A stretch of DNA of 53,989 nt from Candidatus Woesearchaeota archaeon (lineage in GTDB: Archaea; Nanobdellota; Nanobdellia; Pacearchaeales; GW2011-AR1). A program made the translations under genes and the position numbers. The notes beneath the pieces were generated by a model. It was not told the DNA's origin. It ran no database searches and saw only the letters and a program-made list of their open reading frames with translations. Below are positions 17,905-28,023 of this stretch, in pieces (position 1 is the first letter of the stretch; the number at the start of each line of letters is the position of its first letter). The stretch lies in NCBI GenBank assembly GCA_964609265.1, contig CAZSQR010000002.1, positions 1 to 53,989 on the forward strand. Reading direction: 5' to 3'.

Positions 17905-19134
17905 ATGAAAGAAGAACTAGATAAAATTTTTGAATCTTTTGATGACAACAATATCTTTAAAGACAAATCTGTTCTTCAGTCAAATTATAGGCCCAGTGAG
18001 ATACCTCATAGAGAAGAACAAATAAAGCAAGTTGCTTCTATTCTTGCTCCTGTTTTAAGAGGTGAAAGGTCGAGCAATATCTTTCTTTATGGAAAAACAG
18101 GCACAGGAAAAACTCTCTCAGTGCTTTATGTTAAAGATGAACTTTTAAAAAGAGTAAAAAAAGAAAATGATTTTAAGCTGAGGATAGAATATCTTAATTG
18201 TAAATTGAAAAAAGTATCAGACACAGAATACAGAATTCTTGCTGAATTGGTTAAAAAACTCGGTGGTAAAGTTCCAAATACAGGACTCCCCACAGAAACA
18301 GTTTACAATAAGTTCATAGACCTGCTTGATTCTGAAAAACAAATTCTTGTTCTTATCCTTGATGAGATAGACCAAGCTGTTAAAAAAATATCCACAGATT
18401 TTCTTTATAATCTTACAAGGCTTAATTCAGAGCTCTCAAAAACTCAGATAGGTGTTGTTGGAATAAGTAATAATTTAACTTTTTTAGAAGGAATTGATCC
18501 GAGAGTCCGGAGCAGTTTATCTGAAGAAGAAGTTGTATTTCCTCCTTACAACGCAATACAGCTTCAAGAGATTCTTAATCAAAGGGCAAAATGTAGTTTT
18601 AAGGAAAGTGTTGTTGAAGAAGGAGTTGTCGCAAAATGTGCTGCTTTTGCAGCAAGAGAGCACGGAGATGCAAGAAGAGCTTTAGATTTATTGAGAATTG
18701 CCGGGGAAATCGCTGAAAGAGGAGGTTCTAAGAAAATTCTTCTGAAGCACATAGATGAAGCAAATGTAAAAATTGAAAGAGAAAAAATTCTTGAAATAAT
18801 AAGAACAGAGCCAAAACAATTTCAATATGTTCTTTATTCAATAATAAAATTATCTGAAAAACTCAGAAAAAACAAAAAAGGAAAAGAATCACCAATTTTT
18901 ACAGGAGATGTTTATAATTATTATCAGGATGTCTGCCTTAAAAATAAATCAGAAATATTGACGCAGAGACGTGTCGGGGATATTATCCAGGAGTTTGATA
19001 TGCTTGGAATAATCAATGTAAAGGTCGTTTCAAAAGGTCGTGGCGGGCGCATGAGAGAGATAAAACTTGCAATTTCAAAACCTCTTACCGAAAAAGCCAA
19101 AAAGATTATTGAAGAAAGTTTAGATTATGATTAG
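17905..19134 (+). CDS. cdc6: Orc1/Cdc6 replication initiator
   Basis: AAA+ Walker A GKTGTGKT, Walker B LILDEID, sensor GDARRALDLL, and a C-terminal winged helix. Confidence 0.95.
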   Translation: MKEELDKIFESFDDNNIFKDKSVLQSNYRPSEIPHREEQIKQVASILAPVLRGERSSNIFLYGKTGTGKTLSVLYVKDELLKRVKKENDFKLRIEYLNCKLKKVSDTEYRILAELVKKLGGKVPNTGLPTETVYNKFIDLLDSEKQILVLILDEIDQAVKKISTDFLYNLTRLNSELSKTQIGVVGISNNLTFLEGIDPRVRSSLSEEEVVFPPYNAIQLQEILNQRAKCSFKESVVEEGVVAKCAAFAAREHGDARRALDLLRIAGEIAERGGSKKILLKHIDEANVKIEREKILEIIRTEPKQFQYVLYSIIKLSEKLRKNKKGKESPIFTGDVYNYYQDVCLKNKSEILTQRRVGDIIQEFDMLGIINVKVVSKGRGGRMREIKLAISKPLTEKAKKIIEESLDYD

Positions 19135-19152
19135 AAAAAAAGGAATATATAA

Positions 19153-20790
19153 ATGGATCCAAAAGAGATTCTCAAGTTTTGTATTGAAAAAGGTCTTTTA
19201 ATAGAGCCGGAGGTTCTTAATCTTTTGAGTGAGGCAAATGATAAAAAATTTACTAAACTTATTATTGAAAAAATTGCAGAGACGTACGGGCGAAAGATTA
19301 TAACTAAAAACTTTCTTGAACAGAATAAAGAGCAGGTTAAAGAGTTTTTTTTAACCCTGCCTGAAGAAAACAGGAAAAGTTTTGAAAAATTAAAAATTAA
19401 ATTAGGACTTAAAATAGAGATTTCAAAAGAAGTTTCAAAAACTTCACAAATATTCCCCCTTCTAAAAAATAATTCTCAGCCCCTTAAACAAATAAGATAT
19501 AATACAAAAAAAAATTCAGACCAGTTTATTCAGAGGGGTGAGGGTTCAGATGTTTCTGTTTTGTCTAGCTCTCCACCACCCATAAAAAAAATAGAAGTTG
19601 AAGATTTTGTTAAAAATCTGAGAAATAGATTTTATGAAATGAAAAATTTTTTACAGGAACGTCAGGAACTTAACAACCTTATTTCTATAAATAAGCTTTC
19701 ACCTAAAAGACAAAGAGTTTCTATAATTGGAATGGTTTTTGATAAAAGAACCACAAAAAATAAGAACATAATGTTTGATGTTGAAGATTTTACTGGAAAA
19801 ACTCGTGTGTTGGTTAATCAGAATAATCCAGAACTTTACAAGGCGGCAGAAGAGATTGTATTAGATTCTGTAATTGGTTTTAGTGGTTTTGGTGACAAAG
19901 AGATATTTTTTGTCAATAAAATTATTTTTCCCGATATAAAGGTGCTGGAAAAGAAAAAAGCTCCTGTCGAAGAGTATGCTCTTTTTTTAGGAGATTTTCA
20001 TTATGGAAGCAAATTTTTTATGGAAGAAAATTTCAGAAAATTTATAGATTATATTAATGGAAAAGTTCCTGTAAAAAATATAAAAGAAATTAATAAAATA
20101 AAATATATTTTTTTAGTTGGTGATGTTGTTGCGGGCGTAGGGAACTATCCTGCACAACAGAGAGACCTCAAAATTGATGATATTGAAGAGCAGTTTAAGA
20201 ATCTTGCAGAGCTCTTGGGGGAAATAAGGAAGGACATAAAAATAATTATCTCTCCAGGAAATCACGATGGTGTAAGACTTATGGAGCCCCAGCCTCCTTT
20301 TGACGAAAAATATGCGTGGCCATTGTATAATATGGAAAATGTAATTCTTACAGGAAACCCTGCATATGTTAATATAGGCGCAAAGAAAGAAAGAAACTTT
20401 ACTGGCTTTGATGTTCTTACATATCATGGATTTTCATATCCCTATTATGCGAATAATGTTCCAACTCTTTCTGAGAAAAGACTTAATGCACCTGATAAAA
20501 TAATGGCATATTTGTTAAAAAACAGACATTTGGCGCCATCAAATTCCTCTACCCAGTATTTTCCCTCTGAAGAAGATAATCTTTTAATCAAAAAAATTCC
20601 TGATATTTTTGTTTCAGGCCACACACATAAAATGGAAATCTCTTCTTATAAAGGAGTTTTGATAATTTCGGTAGCAGCGTGGGAACAGGAAACAGAATAT
20701 CAAAAAAGAAAAGGAGTCAAGCCTGATTTCTGCAAAGTGCCTATGTTAAATTTAAAAACAAGAGCAATTAAAATTTTGGATTTTGAATAA
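19153..20790 (+). CDS. DNA polymerase II (PolD) small subunit DP1
   Basis: Calcineurin-like phosphoesterase motifs LFLGDFHYGS, FLVGDVVAG, SPGNHD and VSGHTH, plus an OB region. It lies immediately upstream of DP2. Confidence 0.9.
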   Translation: MDPKEILKFCIEKGLLIEPEVLNLLSEANDKKFTKLIIEKIAETYGRKIITKNFLEQNKEQVKEFFLTLPEENRKSFEKLKIKLGLKIEISKEVSKTSQIFPLLKNNSQPLKQIRYNTKKNSDQFIQRGEGSDVSVLSSSPPPIKKIEVEDFVKNLRNRFYEMKNFLQERQELNNLISINKLSPKRQRVSIIGMVFDKRTTKNKNIMFDVEDFTGKTRVLVNQNNPELYKAAEEIVLDSVIGFSGFGDKEIFFVNKIIFPDIKVLEKKKAPVEEYALFLGDFHYGSKFFMEENFRKFIDYINGKVPVKNIKEINKIKYIFLVGDVVAGVGNYPAQQRDLKIDDIEEQFKNLAELLGEIRKDIKIIISPGNHDGVRLMEPQPPFDEKYAWPLYNMENVILTGNPAYVNIGAKKERNFTGFDVLTYHGFSYPYYANNVPTLSEKRLNAPDKIMAYLLKNRHLAPSNSSTQYFPSEEDNLLIKKIPDIFVSGHTHKMEISSYKGVLIISVAAWEQETEYQKRKGVKPDFCKVPMLNLKTRAIKILDFE

Positions 20791-20792
20791 AA

Positions 20793-23700
20793 ATGAACAC
20801 TCAACAATATTTTAAACATATAGAACAGAAAACAAAAGAAGTTTATGCTCTTGCAGAGGCTGCGAGGAGAAAAGGTTTTGACCCGGCGAATAAAGTTGAA
20901 ATTCCCCTTGCAAGAAGCCTAGCTGAACGGGTTGTGGGATTGGTTTCTGTAGTTTATCCTCAGATGGAGGGGACAAGGATAGCAAAAAGAATTCTTGAAT
21001 TAGAAAAAGAGTTCGGGAAAATGAACATAGCGGTTTCTTTCAGGATTGCAGAGGAAGTTGCAAAACAGAAATTTTGCAAGTTTGCAAGTCTTCTTGAAGC
21101 AATTGATGCGGGCATAAGAATTGGATTTGCATACACAACTTTAGGTGTTGTTTCAAGTCCTATTGAAGGATACACTGGAATCAAAATAGGGAAAACAAGA
21201 GACAATAAAGAATATTTTATTGCTGATTTTTCAGGGCCGATAAGAAGCGCAGGAACTACTGCAAGCTGTGTTGTTCTTATGCTTATTGATTATTTAAGGG
21301 AGATGTTTGGTTATGTAAAATATGATCCGACCGAGGAAGAAGTGAAAAGGTATGTTACTGAGAATTATGACTATCATGATTATGTGACAAATCTTCAGTA
21401 TCTTCCGACAGTTGAAGAAGCAACTTTTTTGGCAAAGAATCTTCCTATACAGATTTCTGGAGACCCGACAGAAAAACATGAAGTTTCAAATTATAAAAAC
21501 TTGGAAAGGATCGAAACAAATTACATAAGAGGTGGTATGTGCCTGATTTTTTCAGAAGGGCTTGCGCAAAAAGCGAAAAAAGGATTAAGGCTTCTTAATG
21601 AAGTAAAATCCAAGGGGTTTAAATCTAGTGGATGGGATTTTCTTGATGATTACATAAAACTTCATGAGCAAAGGGACACTGGGCAAAAAGAAGATTCTCC
21701 AACTTACATAAATGACTTGGTAGCAGGAAGGCCTGTGTTTGGGCATCCTTCTGAGTCAGGAGCTTTTAGGTTCAGGTATGGGCGGGGCAGAAACTCTGGT
21801 TTTAGCGCAGCATCGGTTCATCCTGCGACAATGGCTATAACAGATTCTTTTATTGCAATAGGAACGCAGTTAAAAATCGAGAAGCCCACAAAAGGATGTG
21901 TTGTTACTTCATGTGACCTTGTTGACGGACCGATTGTTAAATTATTCAACGGAAGCGTGAAGAAGCTGAGGAATATGGAAGATGCAAAAAGGCTTTATCC
22001 TGATGTTGAAGAAATAATTTACCTCGGCGACATTCTCTTCCCCTTCAGTGATGTTAAAAACAGAAATTCAAATCTAATAAAACCAGGATATGTTGAGGAA
22101 ATTTGGGGTCTTGAGTTGCGGAAGAAAAACCCTGAGTTGGAAAAAACTATTAATTGTTTTAATGTGGGTTTTGAAGATGCTGTTAAAATAAGTTCTGAGA
22201 AGGGGATTTCACTGCATCCTGAATATATTTTTTACTGGACTCAAATTTCAAGAGAACAATTTTCAGGTCTTTTGTCCTGGCTGAAAAATTCTAAAGTTGA
22301 TAAAAAAATAATCTTGCCTTATTCAAAAGCAGACCAGGAAAAGTTCAAACACGGAAAAAGAGCTCTTGAGATTCTTGGTGTTGAACATAATGTGGCAATC
22401 GAGCATGTGGTTATTGACTTGAAAAATAGCAAGGCTTTATTTTCAAATCTTGGATTAGACTTAGGAATTTTAAATGGAAGGGGATTGATTCTAAAAGATG
22501 TAATTTCTGAATTGGAATTTAGGATAAATAAATTTGAAGGCTTGGAAAATCTAAAGAATCTTGCAGATAAAAATCTTGTTCTCTCGTTGATAAACAATCT
22601 TTCTAATTTTGAAATTCGGGATAAGGCAGGAGAATTTATTGGAGCGAGGATGGGTCGTCCTGAGAAAGCAAAACTGAGAAAGCTTACAGGAAGCCCTAAT
22701 GTTTTGTTTCCTGTAGGAAAAGAAGGAGGAAGGCTGAGAAGTGTTCAGGCAGCTTGTGAAGCAGGAAGTGTCAGGGCAGAGTTTCCGGTTTACTTTTGTG
22801 AAAGTGAGGGGTGCAAAAAAGAGACAATTTTTAGTGTTTGTGAGAAATGCGGCAAGCCCTGCAAAAAAATGTTTTACTGTCCTGAATACAGAGAAACTTC
22901 TTTAAAAAAATGTGAAAAACATCAGAAGGTAAGACCTTATTATTATAGACCTATAGACGTAAGATATTACATGGAAAAGGCAAAAGAAAATCTCTCTCTG
23001 AAAAATGAAGAAATTCCTGTTTTAATTAAAGGTGTTAGAGGAACAAGTTCTGAAGACCATTGTACTGAAAGACTTGAAAAAGGAATTTTAAGAGCAATTT
23101 TTGACTTACAGGTAAATAAAGATGGGACAATTAGGTTTGATGCGACAGAATTGCCTTTAGTCTCTTTCAAGCCCAAAGAGGTTTCTGTAAGTGTCGAAAA
23201 ACTCAGAGAAATTGGATATACAAAAGATATTCACGGCGGGGAATTGGAAAATGACGGCCAACTTTTGGAACTAAAGCCTCACGACATTTTGTTACCCAGC
23301 TTTCCCGAAACTTCTGATAGAGCTGATGATGTTTTCATGAGAATATGTAATTTTGTTGATGAGCTTCTGGTAAGATTTTATAAAATAAAGCCTTTTTATA
23401 ATGTAAAAAAAAGGGAGGACCTTATAGGGCATCTCGCAGTTTCTATTGCTCCTCATAATTGTGGGGGGGTGGTTTCTAGAATTGTTGGGTTTTCAAATAC
23501 TTTAGGATGTTTTGCAAGCCCTTATATGCATGCTGCAATCAGGCGTGACTGCGATGGCGATGAAATGGCAATAACTCTTCTTGGGGATGTTTTGCTTAAT
23601 TTTTCAAAAGCATTTCTTCCAAGCCACAGGGGCGGGACTCAGGATTCTCCAATTGTCTTAAATGCCAGAATTAATGCAGGAGAGGTAGATGACCAGATTC

Positions 23701-24308
23701 TTGACTTTGAGATTCTTTTGGATTTTAGAGATTATCCCCTAGAACTTTACAAAGCAGCTGAAGAGGGAAAACATTCTTCTGAAGTTAAGGTTTATGATGT
23801 AAGAGCAGCTTTGAAAGAAGGCAGAGATCCTTTTAAAGGAGTAGGCTTTACTCACAGCACAGAAAATATAAATGATGGTGTTGTGTGTTCTAACTATAAG
23901 ATGCTTGCCACGATGCAGGAAAAAGTTCAGCACCAAATGGAACTTGTTGAAAAAATACGTGCAGCTAATACTTCTGACACTGCAAGGCTTATAATTGAAA
24001 GACACTTTCTTAAAGATATGAGAGGAAATCTCAGAAAATTTTCAATGCAAAATTTTAGGTGTGTTTCGTGTAATGAAATCGTAAGACGTCCTCCTTTAAC
24101 AGGTGTTTGTCCAAAATGTGGTGGCAAAATAATTTTCACAACACATGAAGGTGGAGTAAAAAAATATCTTGAACCTGCGCTTGAACTGGCTAAAAAATAT
24201 AATCTTTCTCCTTATATAAAACAAAGCCTGGAACTTACAAAAAGATATATTGATTCTGTGTTTGGGAAAGAAGCCGAACAACAAGAAGCATTAGGGAAGT
24301 GGTTTTGA
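20793..24308 (+). CDS. DNA polymerase II (PolD) large subunit DP2
   Basis: 1171 aa. Catalytic-core motif RRDCDGDEMA and several Cys4 zinc modules (for example CESEGC...CEKCG and CVSC...CPKCG). No intein-like insertion is evident. Confidence 0.9.
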   Translation: MNTQQYFKHIEQKTKEVYALAEAARRKGFDPANKVEIPLARSLAERVVGLVSVVYPQMEGTRIAKRILELEKEFGKMNIAVSFRIAEEVAKQKFCKFASLLEAIDAGIRIGFAYTTLGVVSSPIEGYTGIKIGKTRDNKEYFIADFSGPIRSAGTTASCVVLMLIDYLREMFGYVKYDPTEEEVKRYVTENYDYHDYVTNLQYLPTVEEATFLAKNLPIQISGDPTEKHEVSNYKNLERIETNYIRGGMCLIFSEGLAQKAKKGLRLLNEVKSKGFKSSGWDFLDDYIKLHEQRDTGQKEDSPTYINDLVAGRPVFGHPSESGAFRFRYGRGRNSGFSAASVHPATMAITDSFIAIGTQLKIEKPTKGCVVTSCDLVDGPIVKLFNGSVKKLRNMEDAKRLYPDVEEIIYLGDILFPFSDVKNRNSNLIKPGYVEEIWGLELRKKNPELEKTINCFNVGFEDAVKISSEKGISLHPEYIFYWTQISREQFSGLLSWLKNSKVDKKIILPYSKADQEKFKHGKRALEILGVEHNVAIEHVVIDLKNSKALFSNLGLDLGILNGRGLILKDVISELEFRINKFEGLENLKNLADKNLVLSLINNLSNFEIRDKAGEFIGARMGRPEKAKLRKLTGSPNVLFPVGKEGGRLRSVQAACEAGSVRAEFPVYFCESEGCKKETIFSVCEKCGKPCKKMFYCPEYRETSLKKCEKHQKVRPYYYRPIDVRYYMEKAKENLSLKNEEIPVLIKGVRGTSSEDHCTERLEKGILRAIFDLQVNKDGTIRFDATELPLVSFKPKEVSVSVEKLREIGYTKDIHGGELENDGQLLELKPHDILLPSFPETSDRADDVFMRICNFVDELLVRFYKIKPFYNVKKREDLIGHLAVSIAPHNCGGVVSRIVGFSNTLGCFASPYMHAAIRRDCDGDEMAITLLGDVLLNFSKAFLPSHRGGTQDSPIVLNARINAGEVDDQILDFEILLDFRDYPLELYKAAEEGKHSSEVKVYDVRAALKEGRDPFKGVGFTHSTENINDGVVCSNYKMLATMQEKVQHQMELVEKIRAANTSDTARLIIERHFLKDMRGNLRKFSMQNFRCVSCNEIVRRPPLTGVCPKCGGKIIFTTHEGGVKKYLEPALELAKKYNLSPYIKQSLELTKRYIDSVFGKEAEQQEALGKWF

Positions 24309-24316
24309 AGAAATTT

Positions 24317-24754
24317 TTAATGTTCATCTGGATATTCAAATTTCCACAATAAAATATCTACATTTACAACACTTCCTTTAGTTACCGATACTCCTTCATG
24401 TCCAAGATATAATTCTCCATGTGCAGGGTAGTATACCCTTAATTCATGAGATCCAACAGGTACCTCTTGATAAGAAAATGCTCCCCCTGTTATGGATACA
24501 GTTTTTTCTTCCCTAGGCGTATTATCAGGACCTTTTCTCCAAATAGGCGCTTCTTCTGCTCCAATATACCCTTCTCCATAAGGGTCATACAATACTCTTC
24601 CAATTATTTCTCCAACATTTTCTTTTTTAACAGTAACATTTCCTGTTATTGTGTGGTCACACCCTCCAAAATAAAGAGAACCAATTAAAGCAGAACCAAT
24701 TAAAAAATTTCTCCTTAAAGTCTTGATACCTTTTACAATCTTCTCAAGTTGCAT
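24317..24754 (-). CDS. putative Tat-exported lipoprotein with carboxypeptidase-regulatory-like beta domain
   Basis: N-terminus TLRRNFLIGSALIGSLYFGGC combines a twin-arginine motif with a lipobox-like GGC. The remainder is beta-rich. Confidence 0.5.
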   Translation of the reverse strand: MQLEKIVKGIKTLRRNFLIGSALIGSLYFGGCDHTITGNVTVKKENVGEIIGRVLYDPYGEGYIGAEEAPIWRKGPDNTPREEKTVSITGGAFSYQEVPVGSHELRVYYPAHGELYLGHEGVSVTKGSVVNVDILLWKFEYPDEH

Positions 24755-24805
24755 TTTTTAAAATGGTTCTTAATATTTAAAAAGATTTAGATTCTGTAAT
24801 ACTCT

Positions 24806-26083
24806 TCATAACGCCAGATAAAAAATGATAGTTGGAATTAAAAGACAACCCATCATATATGTTCTTCTTACTCCGAGGCTTATGCAATAAATTCCTGTAA
24901 ATGCTGAGACTGCTAAAACAATCAAGCCGGGAAAGCCTGAAATTATAAAGACAATCCCTATCAAAACTCCAAGCGTAATTGTAGAAAGTTTTGTGTAATT
25001 CACATTCATGACTTTTTTTGAAAAAAGATTTGCCAGAGAAGAAGTTATGAAAAATGAAATCAGACCGGTTAAAAAGATAATGATCAAAATCAAAATCAAG
25101 ATTCTTAAGGGGAAGACACCTATTAAGTTGTTGATTGCGACTGCAGCTCCTGTTCTTGTTCGTGAAATAAGATAAAGGCTAACAAAAGAAAAACCCATAA
25201 CAAGAGTATTTGTAGCTCCGAGCAAAACAAGAAAGCCGCGTCTGTCTGCTTTTGAAATTGTGTTCCCTATTATTGCCGCTTGGCTGCTCCCAAGTCCTGG
25301 AAGAAAACTTGCTAAAGGAGAAGCCACCAATGCCCCTGCTAAAGGTTTCAAAAAAACTTTTTTAAAATTGTTTTTTATTTCTGGTTTTTTTATTTCTTGG
25401 TGAGGGATTTGTGTTTTTGTTTTTATACTCAGAATCAGCATTGAGGCGCCGAAAAGTCCTGTAAGAAGTGGAAGCAAGGGTTCTTGAAACCCCATCCCAG
25501 GGAAAATTTTTGTTAAAGGATTATTTATTCCAGCACCTAAAACAATCAAACCAAGCAAACCTGTGAGAGCAAACACAAAAAATGCGGCAAATTTCTTTTT
25601 TTCAAGAATTACAAGAAGAACGGAAACTAAAATCAGGATAAGGGCCATTACAGAAACAGAAATAAAAGGGAATAGCAAAACAGTCTTTAACAAAAAATTC
25701 TGAAGTCTTGGGACAAGAAAAAAAGAAGGTATTACAATTAAGATCAAAAGGAAAACAGCCGCAAGACTTCCGTAAGCAGTTAAGATAATTGCTTCATAGC
25801 CCTGTCCTTTTTTCAATAATTCATGGCCAGGCAAAACAGAAAGCTCTGTGTCTGTATCAGGACAACCAAGAAAAACACTTGGAATAAAATCAACAAAAGT
25901 ATGTGTGATGGCCATTGCGGCGATGAAAATGATAAGATAAATTGGATTTACCGAAGCCAAGAGAGAAGCAGATAAAGCTACAAGAGTTGCTCCAACCATG
26001 TTCATGTGGATACCTGGGACTAATCCTGTAAAAGTTCCGGCAAGAATGCCTATAAACAATGCAATCAAAATTTGAATTAACAT
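24806..26083 (-). CDS. TctA/DUF112-family polytopic membrane transporter
   Basis: 425 aa with about 11-12 TM helices and duplicated G..PG motifs (FTGLVPGIH; SFLPGLGSSQAA). Confidence 0.6.
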   Translation of the reverse strand: MLIQILIALFIGILAGTFTGLVPGIHMNMVGATLVALSASLLASVNPIYLIIFIAAMAITHTFVDFIPSVFLGCPDTDTELSVLPGHELLKKGQGYEAIILTAYGSLAAVFLLILIVIPSFFLVPRLQNFLLKTVLLFPFISVSVMALILILVSVLLVILEKKKFAAFFVFALTGLLGLIVLGAGINNPLTKIFPGMGFQEPLLPLLTGLFGASMLILSIKTKTQIPHQEIKKPEIKNNFKKVFLKPLAGALVASPLASFLPGLGSSQAAIIGNTISKADRRGFLVLLGATNTLVMGFSFVSLYLISRTRTGAAVAINNLIGVFPLRILILILIIIFLTGLISFFITSSLANLFSKKVMNVNYTKLSTITLGVLIGIVFIISGFPGLIVLAVSAFTGIYCISLGVRRTYMMGCLLIPTIIFYLAL

Positions 26084-26124
26084 TTGATAAATACTTTTAT
26101 AAAATATATAACTATTACTGTGTT

Positions 26125-27099
26125 ATGGCAATAAGTGTTGATGAAAAAATTGAGTTGATTAAGAGAAATACGACAGAGATTATTGGTGAAGAGAACATTA
26201 AGAAATTTGTAAAGAAGGGAGTAGCATATTGTGGTTATGAGTGTAGTGGAGAAATTCATCTTGGGCATCTTGTTACAATTTTGAAACTTTTAGATTTACA
26301 AAAAGCAGGAATTAAGATAAAGATTCTTTTGGCAGATTGGCATACATGGTTAAATCAAAAAGGAGATTGGAATTTTGTGAATAAACAATTGAAGCAATGG
26401 GAAAAAGGGTTCAAGTCTGTTGGGTTGAAGGCGGAGATTATTAAAGGAACAAGTTTCCAGAAAGAGAAAAGTTATTTTGAGGATGTTTTAAGACTTGCTT
26501 CAAGGGTAGGGGTTAAAAGGGGAATGCGATCTATGCAGCATGTTGCAAGAGATTTTGAGAATGCAAAAATAAGTCAGATGATATATCCTTTAATGCAGAT
26601 AGCTGATGTTAAGGCTTTGAAAACAAATTTTGTTGTTGCCGGATTAGAGCAAAGAAAAATTTATATGTTGGGATTGGATGTTGGAAGAGAGATTGGTCTG
26701 CCTGAAGCAGTTTATATTTATACTCCGATTATCCCTGGTTTAAGAGGCAGAGGTAAAATGTCAAGTTCTATTGAAGGAAGTTTTATTTCCATTAGAGATA
26801 AAAAGGAAGATATTGAAAAAAAGATAAATAGGAGTTATTGTCCTAAGGGAATTATTAAAGATAATCCTGTTTTATCTATTGCTAAATTGATTATATTCCC
26901 GATGTTTGGGAAAATGGACATAAAAGGAGACCCGCGTTGGAAAGGAAAAGATAAAGATGAAGAAGATAAAACATTTAATGATTATCAGACATTAGAAGAT
27001 AATTTTGAGAGGGGTTATCTTTATCCTTTAAATTTGAAGAAAGCTGTTGCAGGATACTTAGAAAAAATCATTGCACCAATAAGAAAAAGTTGGAAATAA
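26125..27099 (+). CDS. tyrS: tyrosyl-tRNA synthetase (archaeal type)
   Basis: Collinear with M. jannaschii TyrRS as I recall it: IKRNT.EII.EE, HIGH-type GEIHLGH, YPLMQ, GLEQRKIYML and KMSSS. ATG 26125 is chosen because the track start 26059 overlaps the divergent neighbour. Confidence 0.9.
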   Translation: MAISVDEKIELIKRNTTEIIGEENIKKFVKKGVAYCGYECSGEIHLGHLVTILKLLDLQKAGIKIKILLADWHTWLNQKGDWNFVNKQLKQWEKGFKSVGLKAEIIKGTSFQKEKSYFEDVLRLASRVGVKRGMRSMQHVARDFENAKISQMIYPLMQIADVKALKTNFVVAGLEQRKIYMLGLDVGREIGLPEAVYIYTPIIPGLRGRGKMSSSIEGSFISIRDKKEDIEKKINRSYCPKGIIKDNPVLSIAKLIIFPMFGKMDIKGDPRWKGKDKDEEDKTFNDYQTLEDNFERGYLYPLNLKKAVAGYLEKIIAPIRKSWK

Positions 27100-28017
27100 T
27101 CATCCTGTCTTAAATTCAATTATATCTAAATCTTTCAATTTATGGTCAAGACCGACTTTTTGGTTTGGGAATTTTGAGCTTGGACCTGTTATTTTTGCTT
27201 CTCTGATGATATTCTCGGATTTAGTGGTCTTGAAGATTTTTTGAGCAACATCTTTTACCATTGCTCCCGGTTCAAAAATTAGGGGCTTGTCTGATTTTTC
27301 TTTTCCAGGCTCTTTTGTGTAAACTCTTATTTTGTTAAAGCTCTGAAGAAGTTTTTCTTTTAGTTCTTCAAATTCCTCTTTTATTTTTGTTGAGAGAATT
27401 ACAAAATCATATTTTTTTGATTTGAGTGTTGCCTCTACTTTTCTTTTGTTTATTTCTTCTAAATCTTTTATATTAAAAACTATAAGTTTTTTTCCGTGAA
27501 CCCGCTCTAAGTTTTTTTCAATTTGGCTTATCTGTTTGATACTTGTTACTAAGATGAGAATCGTGTCTGCAGTGTTTACTAGTCCTTTGTCATAATATTC
27601 TGATTCTATGGAAGGAATTTCTATAATTTGGGTAAGGGTTCCTTTATAAGCCATCATCCCTACTATTGGCTCCTTTGTTGTGAACTTATAGGAGGCAATT
27701 TCAGGCGACGCATTTGTTAGTGATGCGAGAAGAGTGGATTTCCCTGAATTAGTAAATCCGACAATTACCGCCTGCATATCTTCTTTTTTTATTCCTGGCC
27801 TCCCTTTCATTTTCCTTTTTCTCTTATTTTTTTCTATTTTTTTCAGAAGTTTTTTTCTGCGCGTTTTTAATTGGGCAAGCATTTTTTCAGCACTTTTATG
27901 TTTAGGACATTCGCGAATCATCTCTTTAAGATAAAATAACCTGTATTCATCTGTCTGCGCTGTCAGAAATTTCGCCTCTGCTTTCTGATACTGGGGCGAT
28001 TGATTTGTTGATGCCAT
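27100..28017 (-). CDS. DRG/Obg-like GTP-binding protein with C-terminal TGS domain
   Basis: G1 GFTNSGKSTLL and G2 region YKFTTKEP. The G3 position reads IIEIPS instead of D..G. The C-terminus is TGS-like (KLKDLDIIEFK). Confidence 0.7.
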   Translation of the reverse strand: MASTNQSPQYQKAEAKFLTAQTDEYRLFYLKEMIRECPKHKSAEKMLAQLKTRRKKLLKKIEKNKRKRKMKGRPGIKKEDMQAVIVGFTNSGKSTLLASLTNASPEIASYKFTTKEPIVGMMAYKGTLTQIIEIPSIESEYYDKGLVNTADTILILVTSIKQISQIEKNLERVHGKKLIVFNIKDLEEINKRKVEATLKSKKYDFVILSTKIKEEFEELKEKLLQSFNKIRVYTKEPGKEKSDKPLIFEPGAMVKDVAQKIFKTTKSENIIREAKITGPSSKFPNQKVGLDHKLKDLDIIEFKTG

Positions 28018-28023
28018 TTTAGG

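Noticed and set aside
26059-26124. Upstream ATG giving a 22-aa N-terminal extension on TyrRS
   Set aside because: The extension overlaps the divergent TctA-like gene start and has no counterpart in archaeal TyrRS. Homology begins at MAISVDEKIELIKRNT (ATG 26125).
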